Part shown: piece by piece, positions 1 to 8,485 of the stretch | How positions within the stretch are numbered: position 1 is the stretch's first letter | How the letters are laid out: every line of letters starts with the position of its first letter | NCBI GenBank assembly: GCA_009928785.1 | Contig: SABY01000001.1 | Span: 23,633 to 87,632 of the forward strand | DNA: 64,000 nt | Direction: 5' to 3' | Source: Clostridia bacterium | Lineage (GTDB): Bacteria; Bacteroidota; Bacteroidia; Bacteroidales; 4484-276 | Program-made: the position numbers and the translations under genes | The notes under the pieces: model-generated | The model's database searches: none | What the model was told of the DNA's origin: nothing | The model's input: only the letters and a program-made list of their open reading frames with translations

Positions 1-795
1 CGTTTTGAAATGGGCGCTGCGCCCAACAAAGCCTGGGGAAGCAGTGATAACGAAATTCCTGTTTCTGCAATCGAAACCCTGCTGATTACGCCGGTGCCTT
101 TTGTGACCGAAGGTACCTATGTATTTTACGATTCGCAGCAGGTGGCGCTGGGCTGTGCCGACACTACCGCCGTTATTTATTTCAGCACCGACACCGCTGG
201 TGTGATGAAGAAATACGAGATGCCTTTTAACGTAAGTGAAAATACCATCCTGCGGGCGCACGCAGAAGCACAAGGAGAAATAAAAAGTCACGAAATGATT
301 TCCGGCATGATGAAGATTGCCAAAGGGCGCACCATCACCCTCAAGTCGGCTTACGCCAACCAGTACAACGCCGGGGGTGATATGGCGCTGATCGACTTCC
401 AGCGCAGTGGCGCCGATTTCCGCACCGGACGGTGGCAAGGCTATGAGGGAGTAGATTTGGAGGCGGTTGTAGATTTGGGGAAAACACAAAACATCCAATC
501 CATTTCAATGGGTTTCCTGCAGGACATCAACGCATGGATTTTTATGCCAGAGCAAGTGGATTTCTATTCTTCAACGGATGGCAGGAGTTGGCGTTTGATA
601 GCCAAAGTAGAAACAACGGTGGAAGCCACCGAAACGGAACCACAAACCGCCGACTTTGCCGCAAAGGCCGATGGAGCAAAAGCCCGGTACATAAAAGTGG
701 TGGCGCACAACATCGGGCAATGCCCCGCGTGGCACAAAGGCGCCGGCGATCCCGCATGGATTTTCGCTGATGAGATTGTGATTGAGGCGGAGTGA
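1..795 (+). CDS. C-terminal part of a secreted glycoside hydrolase (beta-hexosaminidase-like accessory domains plus F5/8 type C/discoidin domain); 5' end is outside the window
   Basis: Frame 1 is open from position 1. The block AVIYFSTDTAGVMKKYEMPFNVSENTILRAHA resembles the chitobiase/hexosaminidase C-terminal domain. The distal part (WQGYEGVDLEAVVDLGK...WIFMPEQVDFYSSTDGRSW...ARYIKV) resembles a discoidin domain. Confidence 0.55.
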   Translation, partial: RFEMGAAPNKAWGSSDNEIPVSAIETLLITPVPFVTEGTYVFYDSQQVALGCADTTAVIYFSTDTAGVMKKYEMPFNVSENTILRAHAEAQGEIKSHEMISGMMKIAKGRTITLKSAYANQYNAGGDMALIDFQRSGADFRTGRWQGYEGVDLEAVVDLGKTQNIQSISMGFLQDINAWIFMPEQVDFYSSTDGRSWRLIAKVETTVEATETEPQTADFAAKADGAKARYIKVVAHNIGQCPAWHKGAGDPAWIFADEIVIEAE

Positions 796-886
796 TGGAT
801 TTACGGTGTACGCATAAACTTTTGACTACGTAGCCCAGGCGTTTACGCCTGGGTTTACGTGATAAAGCAAGAACGATAACTTCCAA

Positions 887-3187
887 CTATCTTTTTCCTG
901 GCTTCTTCGACATCACAAATTTTAAGGTGCCACCTGCTACCAGTTGCTGATGATGGAGTTTATGATCATCGATTTTCTGGCCGTTGAGCCACACCTCTTT
1001 TACATACACATTTTCGGGGCTTTGGTTTTCGGCAATGATTTTTAAAGTTTTCCCATCACCCACCTGCACGATAGCTTCTGTAACCAGCGGGCTGCCGATC
1101 TCATACGCGTCGGAGCCGGGACAAAGCGGATAAAAACCCAGCGCTGAGAAAATATACCAGGCCGACATCTGCCCGCAGTCGTCGTTGCCGCAGAGGCCGT
1201 CGGGAGCGTCGGCATACATGGTTTGGCAAATTATGCGCACACGCTCCTGGGTTTTCCAGGGCTGATCTGTAAAGTTGTAAAGATACGGAATGTGATGTCC
1301 CGGCTCGTTGCCATGCACATACAACCCGATGATGCCATCGCGGGTGATGTCTTCGTTGGCGGCAATGTGCGCGTCGGAAAGCTGCAGGGTGTAAAGCGAA
1401 TCGAGCATGGCGGCAAAGGCTGTGGCGCCGCCAAATTTCTGCACAAGCCATTCGGGGTTTTGCGGCACATATAGTCCGTAATTCCAGGCATTGCCTTCTA
1501 TAAAACCCTGGCCGTGGGTGTCGAGCGGATCGAAGTCGGGACGAAAGGAACCATTGGAGAGCCGTGGCCGCATAAATCGCGAAGCGCTGTCAAACGCATT
1601 TTGGTAATTCGCAGCACGCCGGCTATATTTAGCGTAAGCGTCATTATCGTCTGACGCAAGCGCCAGTTGAGCAATACACCAGTCGTCGTAGGCATATTCC
1701 AAAGTTTTGCTCACGGAGCTTCCATTTTTATCTTCGGGCACATAACCCAGTTGCATGTAATCGCCGATGCCGTCATATTTTTCGTAGGTAGCTGTGGCAA
1801 TGCAGGCCGCAAGCGCACCAGGAAGATTTTTTGTGTAAACGCCTTTGGCCACCGCGTCGGCAATTACCGAAACGCTGTGGTAACCGATCATACACCAGTT
1901 TTCGTTGGCGTAATGCGACCACACCGGAAGCATCTTGTGCGGGCTTTGCTGCTGATGTGCCAGCAGGCTGCTCACCATGTCGGCGTTTCGTGCAGGTTGT
2001 ATCAGGTTGAAGAGCGGATGCAAAGCACGGTAAGTATCCCACAACGAGAAAATAGTGTAGTTGGTAAATCCGTCAGAGGTATGCACGTTTTGATCGAGAC
2101 CACGATATTGCCCATCCACATCTTCGTAAATGATGGGCGTAAGAAAAGCATGATAGAGCGCGGTGTAAAAAACGCGCTTATCGGCTTCGGTAAGTGTTTC
2201 GACCTGAATACGCGACAGCTCCTTATTCCACAACTCCTGGCTTTGTTTTTTTGTAGCATCAAAATCCCATCCCGGAACTTCTGCCTCCATATTTGCCAAA
2301 GCTCCCCGCATGCTCACCGGTGATAGCGCTACCTTGACGAGTAGCGGCGCGCCGTCGGTCATATCAAAATCGAAATAAGCTGTGATGTCGTGGCCGGCCA
2401 TTTCGGGAAAATTATGCTCTTCGTCGAATTTGCGCCAGAAGCCGCGGTAAATGGACTTGTCGTATTTCTTGTGGCCGTATTTTATAAACTTTTTGCTGAA
2501 CGCCATCGCAAAATAAACCGTGCGGGTGCGCGCCCAGCCATTGGTTTGGCGGTAGCCGGTAATCATAGAGTCGTTTTCAACGCGCACAAAAGTCCATACA
2601 TTTTTTCCTTCATAATTATAAATGCCATGTCGCAGGTCGAGGATGATGTGTGCCTGATCAGTTTTTGGAAAAGTGTAGCGATGGAATCCTACGCGTGTGG
2701 TGGCGGTAAGTTCGGCCTGCACCTGATAGTCGTAGAGCAGGACGCTGTAAAATGCCGGTTCAGCTTTTTCGTTCAGATGCGAAAACCGGCTTCGGTAGCC
2801 CGATTCAGGATTGGCTTCGGTGCCGGGATTTAGCTGCAGGGCGCCCACGGTAGGCATCACGAGCAGGTCGCCCAAATCGGAATGCCCCGTGCCACTGAAA
2901 TGCGTATGGCTGAAGCCGACGATGGTGGAATCGTCGTACTGGTAGCCGGCGCAATATTCGTAAGCGCGGCGGTTGTACTGGCCGTTATCGTCGTATTGGA
3001 TGGTATCGGTATCGGGGCTGAGCTGCACCGCACCAAACGGAACAGCCGCGCCCGGAAAGGTGTGCCCCATGCGTTGCGTGCCCGCCATAGGATTTGCGTA
3101 TTGAATAAGATTTTGCGCCGGAAGCGACAACAGCGTGATGAAGTTGAAAAGAGTAGCCAGGAAAAAATATTTCATCTGAAAATTCAT
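887..3187 (-). CDS. GH92 family alpha-mannosidase, secreted
   Basis: GH92-type blocks GHTFPGAAVPFGAVQLSPDT and HGNEPGHHIPYLY. Signal peptide MKYFFLATLFNFITLLSLPAQ. ATG candidates lie at 3187 and 3175; the track start 3217 looks like an upstream extension. Confidence 0.85.
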   Translation of the reverse strand: MNFQMKYFFLATLFNFITLLSLPAQNLIQYANPMAGTQRMGHTFPGAAVPFGAVQLSPDTDTIQYDDNGQYNRRAYEYCAGYQYDDSTIVGFSHTHFSGTGHSDLGDLLVMPTVGALQLNPGTEANPESGYRSRFSHLNEKAEPAFYSVLLYDYQVQAELTATTRVGFHRYTFPKTDQAHIILDLRHGIYNYEGKNVWTFVRVENDSMITGYRQTNGWARTRTVYFAMAFSKKFIKYGHKKYDKSIYRGFWRKFDEEHNFPEMAGHDITAYFDFDMTDGAPLLVKVALSPVSMRGALANMEAEVPGWDFDATKKQSQELWNKELSRIQVETLTEADKRVFYTALYHAFLTPIIYEDVDGQYRGLDQNVHTSDGFTNYTIFSLWDTYRALHPLFNLIQPARNADMVSSLLAHQQQSPHKMLPVWSHYANENWCMIGYHSVSVIADAVAKGVYTKNLPGALAACIATATYEKYDGIGDYMQLGYVPEDKNGSSVSKTLEYAYDDWCIAQLALASDDNDAYAKYSRRAANYQNAFDSASRFMRPRLSNGSFRPDFDPLDTHGQGFIEGNAWNYGLYVPQNPEWLVQKFGGATAFAAMLDSLYTLQLSDAHIAANEDITRDGIIGLYVHGNEPGHHIPYLYNFTDQPWKTQERVRIICQTMYADAPDGLCGNDDCGQMSAWYIFSALGFYPLCPGSDAYEIGSPLVTEAIVQVGDGKTLKIIAENQSPENVYVKEVWLNGQKIDDHKLHHQQLVAGGTLKFVMSKKPGKR

Positions 3188-3299
3188 TTTTAAAAAAAAG
3201 ACAAAGATAATAAACACATAAGGCGTTTAGCCTCCACTTGGGTTGCGATTGTTTTTACACGGACAGCTTTTGAAAGCCGGGCTAATGAAGAAATGCGCC

Positions 3300-3307
3300 T
3301 ATCTTTG
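3300..3307 (+). promoter_or_regulatory. Bacteroidota-type -7 promoter box TATCTTTG (TAnnTTTG) upstream of ppnP
   Basis: Exact TAnnTTTG match 40 nt upstream of the ATG at 3347. Confidence 0.4.
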
Positions 3308-3346
3308 CCATCACTATTTTATTTATTAATACAAAAAAAACGAGCT

Positions 3347-3628
3347 ATGCTGAAAGTAAACGAATACTACGATGGAAAAGTAAAATCTATTGGTTTTGAA
3401 AATTCCGACGGGAAAATCACCACCGGCGTGATGGCTGCTGGCGAATATGAATTTGGTACCAACACCATCGAACACATGACCGTAACTTCGGGCGAGCTGG
3501 TGGTGCAACTGCCTGGCCAGAACGAATGGAAAACCTACAAGCCTTTCGAGACTTTTGTGGTGGAGAAAGACAAAAAATTTAAAGTGAAGGTTAGCGCACC
3601 TGCGGCCTATCGCTGTTTGTATCTTTAA
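3347..3628 (+). CDS. ppnP: Pyrimidine/purine nucleoside phosphorylase PpnP (DUF1255 cupin)
   Basis: 93 aa. MLKVNEYYDGKVKSIGF...GEYEFGT...VTSGEL pattern typical of the YaiE/PpnP family. ATG verified at 3347. Confidence 0.8.
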   Translation: MLKVNEYYDGKVKSIGFENSDGKITTGVMAAGEYEFGTNTIEHMTVTSGELVVQLPGQNEWKTYKPFETFVVEKDKKFKVKVSAPAAYRCLYL

Positions 3629-3707
3629 AGTATAAAACCAAAACCCTCCGCGAATTCACACGAATTTGGCGAATTTTCATGATAAGGGAACTAGCGATAA
3701 TTCGTTT

Positions 3708-4090
3708 AATTGGCGGAAATTCGCGGACGGCTTGTTTATCCACGAATTCACCCGAATCAGTCGAATTCACACGAAAATTAAAAGACTGATTCCTTTTGAA
3801 GTTTCTATGTCAGCCTGATAGAAAGTCGCAGCAGGGGTCTGTTTTTTTATTTTTAAAATAATTAGCGGAAATTCGCGGACGGCTTGTTTATCCACGAATT
3901 CACGCGAATCAGGCGAATTCACACGAAAATTAAAAGACTGATTCCTTTTGACGTTTCTATGTCAGCCTGATAGAAAGTCGCGGCAGGGGTCTGTTTTTTT
4001 TATTTTTAAAATAATTAGCGAAAATTAGCTGAATTGGCGGAAATTCGCGGACGGCTTGTTTATCGAATTCACACGAAAATTAAAAGACAA
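3708..4090. repeat. Tandem repeat, 152-bp unit, about 2.4 copies (unit starts 3708, 3860, 4032)
   Basis: AAT(T/A)GCGGAAATTCGCGGACGG recurs at offsets of 152 and 172. The 172 offset reflects a 20-bp internal duplication. Each full unit has two GAATTCAC words, a hairpin TTTCTAT-N9-ATAGAAA (3802-3824 in copy 1) and a T-run. Confidence 0.85.
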
Positions 4091-4135
4091 TCGGTAAATA
4101 AAAGGTGGAGAAGAAAATTTAGGAAACAGCGTGAT

Positions 4136-5278
4136 TTATTCACCATTAAAGATGTCGAGATAATCCTGAAAGGCAAATAGGCGGTTTCTGCTTTGACCGG
4201 TCATTTCTTTGAGATAATTTTTTTGTTGCATCATGGCAACCAGGTTGCCAGCAGCCTTGTAGCTAAGATTACATGCTTTACTTGCCTGCTCCACAGTAGT
4301 AAACGGATTACGAAAAAGTGTTTGCAATAATGTAATGGCTGAGTGGCTACGTCGTCCAAAAGAGGCATTGATTTCCTTTTCGACCATTTCTTTTAGTTTG
4401 ATAATCCCGATAAGTTTTACCACAGCCATTGAAGCAGTTTGCTCAATGCCGGTCAGAAAAAACTTTATCCATTGCAACATATCATTTTGTGTGCGCACGA
4501 TGCTCAATTTATCATAATACAGCAGCCTGTTTTTATCGAAAAATAAGGAGGGGTAAAGTATCGGCTTATCGAGAATTCCCTGGCTCATTAAGAATAAGGT
4601 GATGAGCAGGCGTCCAATTCGTCCATTCCCATCCAAAAATGGATGTATCGTTTCGAACTGATAGTGAATAATTGCGATACGCACCAGTGCAGGGACATGT
4701 ATCTCCTCGTTGTTGAGGAAGTTTTCCAGATCACCCATCAACTCATCAATTAAATGATGTCGGGGTGGAATAAAAACAGCATCATTCAGAGACATCCCAC
4801 CTATCCAGTTCTGACTTTTTCGATACTCACCGGGCTGTTTATGTTGACCTCGCACACTCTCCAGGAGTATTTGGTGTGTATCCCTGATCAACCGTGATGA
4901 AATGGGAAGCCGGGCTAACCCTTCAATTGCTTGATTAAGCGCCCGAATGTAATTATTCACCTCCTGCCAGTCGTGGCGTCTTTCGGGGATAATTTCCTCG
5001 ATGGGTAGCAAGGCTTCATCAATGCTGGTTTGCGTTCCTTCTATCCGGCTCGAAACCACTGCCTCTTTGGCTACATGCAGCCGGATAAACAAATCGATAT
5101 CGGGTACGAGCCGCGCATACGAATTAAGCTCTCCCAATCTAAGTGCAGCTTTTTCGATTAGTTGATTAACTATCGGTTCATTCCAGCTCCATTCATCATC
5201 TATTTTTGCTGGAACAAAATATTGATAGCCCGTGTACTTTTCATAGTGTCCTGCGACGAAATTTTCTATTTCGATCAT
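4136..5278 (-). CDS. Fic family protein (AMPylase-type, class II with N-terminal inhibitory helix, C-terminal wHTH-like region)
   Basis: Canonical Fic motif HPFLDGNGRIGRLL. Inhibitory motif (S/T)xxxE(G/N) is present as SSRIEG in a Fic_N-like N-terminus. ATG at 5278; the track start 5314 is a TTG. Confidence 0.9.
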   Translation of the reverse strand: MIEIENFVAGHYEKYTGYQYFVPAKIDDEWSWNEPIVNQLIEKAALRLGELNSYARLVPDIDLFIRLHVAKEAVVSSRIEGTQTSIDEALLPIEEIIPERRHDWQEVNNYIRALNQAIEGLARLPISSRLIRDTHQILLESVRGQHKQPGEYRKSQNWIGGMSLNDAVFIPPRHHLIDELMGDLENFLNNEEIHVPALVRIAIIHYQFETIHPFLDGNGRIGRLLITLFLMSQGILDKPILYPSLFFDKNRLLYYDKLSIVRTQNDMLQWIKFFLTGIEQTASMAVVKLIGIIKLKEMVEKEINASFGRRSHSAITLLQTLFRNPFTTVEQASKACNLSYKAAGNLVAMMQQKNYLKEMTGQSRNRLFAFQDYLDIFNGE

Positions 5279-5408
5279 GAGATAGTTTTTGGATTTTGCA
5301 TAATCGAACCTCAAATCATTTTATGGTGCGAAAGTAAAATAAAAAATCCGTTATTTTACTTTTAGCCTTTAAAGTAAAATAAGAAAAAGCGTATTGTACT
5401 TTCGTAAA

Positions 5409-5445
5409 ATAAAAAACCCGGACGCGTTGACCGGGTTTTTCTTTA
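5409..5445 (-). terminator. Rho-independent terminator downstream of the M16 peptidase gene (also hairpin plus T-run on the + strand)
   Basis: CCCGGACGCGTTGACCGGG stem-loop flanked by an A-run (5411-5416) and a T-run (5446-5450). Confidence 0.5.
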
Positions 5446-5459
5446 TCGTCATTTCTTTA

Positions 5460-8396
5460 TTAATAATTAAAAACCTCCTCCAGCGTCAGCACTTCGGGGT
5501 TGGCAATTCGCGAAAGCGCATCCCAGTCGAGGCTGTTTTTGTTGGCCAGAATCATGAAGTTGTAATGATGCCCGCTGATTAGCTTGTCGAAGAAGTCTTT
5601 TTGGAAACTGTCGATGGTTACAGTGTTGGCATAATCATACACGTCGCGGCGTATGTCGTAGTCGATGCCTTTGTCCTGGTTGCTGAGGTAAGTCCAGAAT
5701 ACACCATCTTTGATAATGCGCTCGGTATTAATTTTTTTGATGATCGATTCTTTGGCCAGCTCAAATTGTTTCTCGGCTACAGGCATTTGGTTCATCAGGT
5801 CGAGCATGGCGGTGGTGGCCATTTCGAGTTTATCGGCCTGTGTGCCCACAAAACCATATACGATGTTGTTGCGGCGCGGGTCGCTCGGAACGGAAAAGGC
5901 ACTAAAAGCGCTGTAAGCCAGGGCGCGCGATTCGCGTATTTCCTGAAAGACAATGGAGGAGAGGCCGCCGCCAAAATATTCGCCAAAAAGTTGGGAGGGG
6001 GCAATGAGGTTTTTGTCGAATGGGCTGCTCTTGCTCACCAGCACCACGTTGGCCTGTACCATGTCGTAATCCACAATGTAAACTTTGTTTTCGGTGTTGT
6101 CGGTCTGGGCATAGTTGGCTTCTTCGGGCAGGGGAGTCACCGCTTCGGGCAGCGAGTGCAGGTTTTCGAGTTCCTTGTGTGCATAGTTAAAACTGGCCGG
6201 ACCGTAATAGAAAATCTTATGCTCAAAATTGGTCATCTCAGCAATCATGTCGGTGAGTGTGGCCGGATTGATGCTCTTCAGTTCTTCGGTAGGAATTACA
6301 TTACGGAACGAAGAATTCTGGCCATAGATGCCATAGTTGAGCAAGCCGCCCCACAGGATGGCGTTTTTGTTTTTCTTGCTGTCGCTTTGCTTTTTCAGCA
6401 ATCCGTCCACATAATCAGAATAAGCCTGCTGGTCAGGTTTGGCATGTTTAAGCACATGTTCGAGCAGCTCGATGGCTTCCACGTACGATTTGCTCAGCCC
6501 GGTAATATACACATACGAACGATCGTCGCCGGTACTTACACCAAAGGAGAGTCCCAGACGGAAAAACTCGCGCTGAAGCTCTGCTGCGGTATATTTGTCC
6601 GTGCCCAGATAGGGTAGATAATTGACAGCCAAAGGGAAAAGCCGGTTGTGATTCTTGCCCATGTCGATGATGTAGTTGAGCGAAAAAATGTCATTGTTTT
6701 TATTTTTGATGTAAAACATCTCCACGCCGGGGATAAGTTCCGAATTCTCTATCTGTTTTTCAAAATCAACAAATACCGGTGCGATGTCTTCCGGCTGCTG
6801 GCTGGCGAACTCCTTGTAGAACTCCGATTGAAATTCTTTATTAATAGGAATTGGCGTAAGCGCCGGTTTTTCCACACGCGCAATGTTATCGCTGACGCCG
6901 TAGCGTTTGTACACCACCACATAATTATCGTTGTAATGGGTGTTGGCAAAATTTACAATTTCTTCTTTTGTAATTTTCTCCATCGCATCCACAAAGCGGA
7001 GGCGCTCGTCGATGCTGATGCCTTTTACATAACTATCCACGTAAGTATAAACCCTGCTAAAGTTGCTTTCGTTGCTTCTGATCTCGTTCAGGCGCATATC
7101 GTTTACAAGGGCTTCGAGCATCCAATCGTCAAATTCGCCTTTTTTTATCATGTCGAGTTGCTCCAGCATCAGGTCTTTTACTTCTTCGAGCGATTGTCCC
7201 TGGCGCGGTGAGGCAGCAAAGACGTGCATTCCGTAGTCTTTAAGAAACTGGGCGAAACTGTATGCGTTGAGCACTTTTTGCTGCTGCACCAGATTCAGGT
7301 CGATAAGTCCGGCCTGGCCATTGCTCAGCAACTGACTTATCATGGTCACTATTTTGTTATCGTAGCTGTAGTCGCCGTCGAAGCGGAAGGCAAGCATAAT
7401 GCTTTCGGCATCGGGGCCGGTCACTTCTTTTACAATAGGGCCTTCCAGCGGCACCTCTATGGGCTGCACTACTTCGGGCAGTTCTTTGGAAGGTATTTTA
7501 CCAAAAGTTTCATCAATCATTTTGATGGTGGCGTCGAAGTCGAGATCGCCGGCAAGCGCCACCGCCATATTGTTGGGCACGTACCAGGTGTGGGCAAACT
7601 CGTAAATGTTTTTCATCGACGGGTTTTTCAGGTGTTCGGGCAGACCGATTACGTCGCGGCCATACGGGTGGTTGGGGAAGAGTGCCTCCATCATCACCGC
7701 GTTGGCGCGGCTGCGGTCGCGATCCTGGTACATATTAAATTCTTCATACACCGTTTCCAGTTCGGTATGAAACAAACGCAGCACGATGTCGCTGAAACGT
7801 TCGCTCTCGAGCGAAAGCCATTTTTGTAGTTCGTTGGCCGGAATATCGTTGATGTAAACAGTATAGTCATAGCTGGTGCCGGCATTGGTATTTTTGGCGC
7901 CGATGCTCGACACCATTTTGTCGTACTCGTTGGTGGCTACAAAAGTGGCGGCTATTGCCGAAAGGCTGTCGATGCTTTTGTAAATACGTTTTTTCGCCTC
8001 GGCATCTGAAGCATTTTTATGATCTTCAAAAAGATTTTCGATCTCTTTGAGCAGTGGCTCTTCTTGTGCCCAGTTGATGGTTCCTATCTGGTTGGTGCCT
8101 TTAAACATCATGTGCTCAAAGTAGTGCGCAAGGCCGGTAGTTTCGATGGGATCGCTGGTAGAGCCGGCGCGTACACCGATGAGTGTAGAAATGCGTGGCT
8201 CGTCGGGATTGGCCGAAAGATAAACCGTTAATCCATTGTCGAGGGTGTAAACCCGTGTTTGCAGCGGATCGTCGGCCACCGTGGTGTAGGTGTAGTCGTT
8301 AGAATCGGTATGGGTGGTAACTTTGTACTTTTCGCTCTGGCAAGCGAACATCATACCCACGGCTGCAAGCAGCAGCAAAAGTTGGAATTGTTTCAT
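5460..8396 (-). CDS. M16 (pitrilysin/insulinase) family zinc peptidase, lipoprotein
   Basis: Inverted zincin motif HYFEHMMFKGT (HxxEH). Lipoprotein-type signal LLLLAAVGMMFAC. ATG verified at 8396. The track ORF extension to 8594 overlaps the next gene and was trimmed. Confidence 0.85.
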   Translation of the reverse strand: MKQFQLLLLLAAVGMMFACQSEKYKVTTHTDSNDYTYTTVADDPLQTRVYTLDNGLTVYLSANPDEPRISTLIGVRAGSTSDPIETTGLAHYFEHMMFKGTNQIGTINWAQEEPLLKEIENLFEDHKNASDAEAKKRIYKSIDSLSAIAATFVATNEYDKMVSSIGAKNTNAGTSYDYTVYINDIPANELQKWLSLESERFSDIVLRLFHTELETVYEEFNMYQDRDRSRANAVMMEALFPNHPYGRDVIGLPEHLKNPSMKNIYEFAHTWYVPNNMAVALAGDLDFDATIKMIDETFGKIPSKELPEVVQPIEVPLEGPIVKEVTGPDAESIMLAFRFDGDYSYDNKIVTMISQLLSNGQAGLIDLNLVQQQKVLNAYSFAQFLKDYGMHVFAASPRQGQSLEEVKDLMLEQLDMIKKGEFDDWMLEALVNDMRLNEIRSNESNFSRVYTYVDSYVKGISIDERLRFVDAMEKITKEEIVNFANTHYNDNYVVVYKRYGVSDNIARVEKPALTPIPINKEFQSEFYKEFASQQPEDIAPVFVDFEKQIENSELIPGVEMFYIKNKNNDIFSLNYIIDMGKNHNRLFPLAVNYLPYLGTDKYTAAELQREFFRLGLSFGVSTGDDRSYVYITGLSKSYVEAIELLEHVLKHAKPDQQAYSDYVDGLLKKQSDSKKNKNAILWGGLLNYGIYGQNSSFRNVIPTEELKSINPATLTDMIAEMTNFEHKIFYYGPASFNYAHKELENLHSLPEAVTPLPEEANYAQTDNTENKVYIVDYDMVQANVVLVSKSSPFDKNLIAPSQLFGEYFGGGLSSIVFQEIRESRALAYSAFSAFSVPSDPRRNNIVYGFVGTQADKLEMATTAMLDLMNQMPVAEKQFELAKESIIKKINTERIIKDGVFWTYLSNQDKGIDYDIRRDVYDYANTVTIDSFQKDFFDKLISGHHYNFMILANKNSLDWDALSRIANPEVLTLEEVFNY

Positions 8397-8485
8397 TGTA
8401 TTAATTTGGTTAATGATTGAAGAATAGATTTTATAAAAATGTATCAAAACGAATAGGCATTTTTTTGTTAATAAAAAATGAGTTA

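Noticed and set aside
3708-4090. Possible CRISPR or ncRNA array next to the Fic gene
   Set aside because: As above: the entire 152-bp unit is repeated with no spacer-like unique segments. The hairpin plus T-run suggests terminator-like modules instead.
5601-6617. Long antisense or alternate-frame ORFs inside strong CDSs (e.g. 5601..6617, 7224..7829, 10202..10975, 11702..12322, 19660..20514, 25994..26584, 28510..29127, 40754..41293, 58047..58631, 59550..60221)
   Set aside because: Each lies wholly within a motif-supported gene on the opposite strand or in another frame. Their composition is biased (R/G/H/V-rich), as is typical of shadow ORFs.
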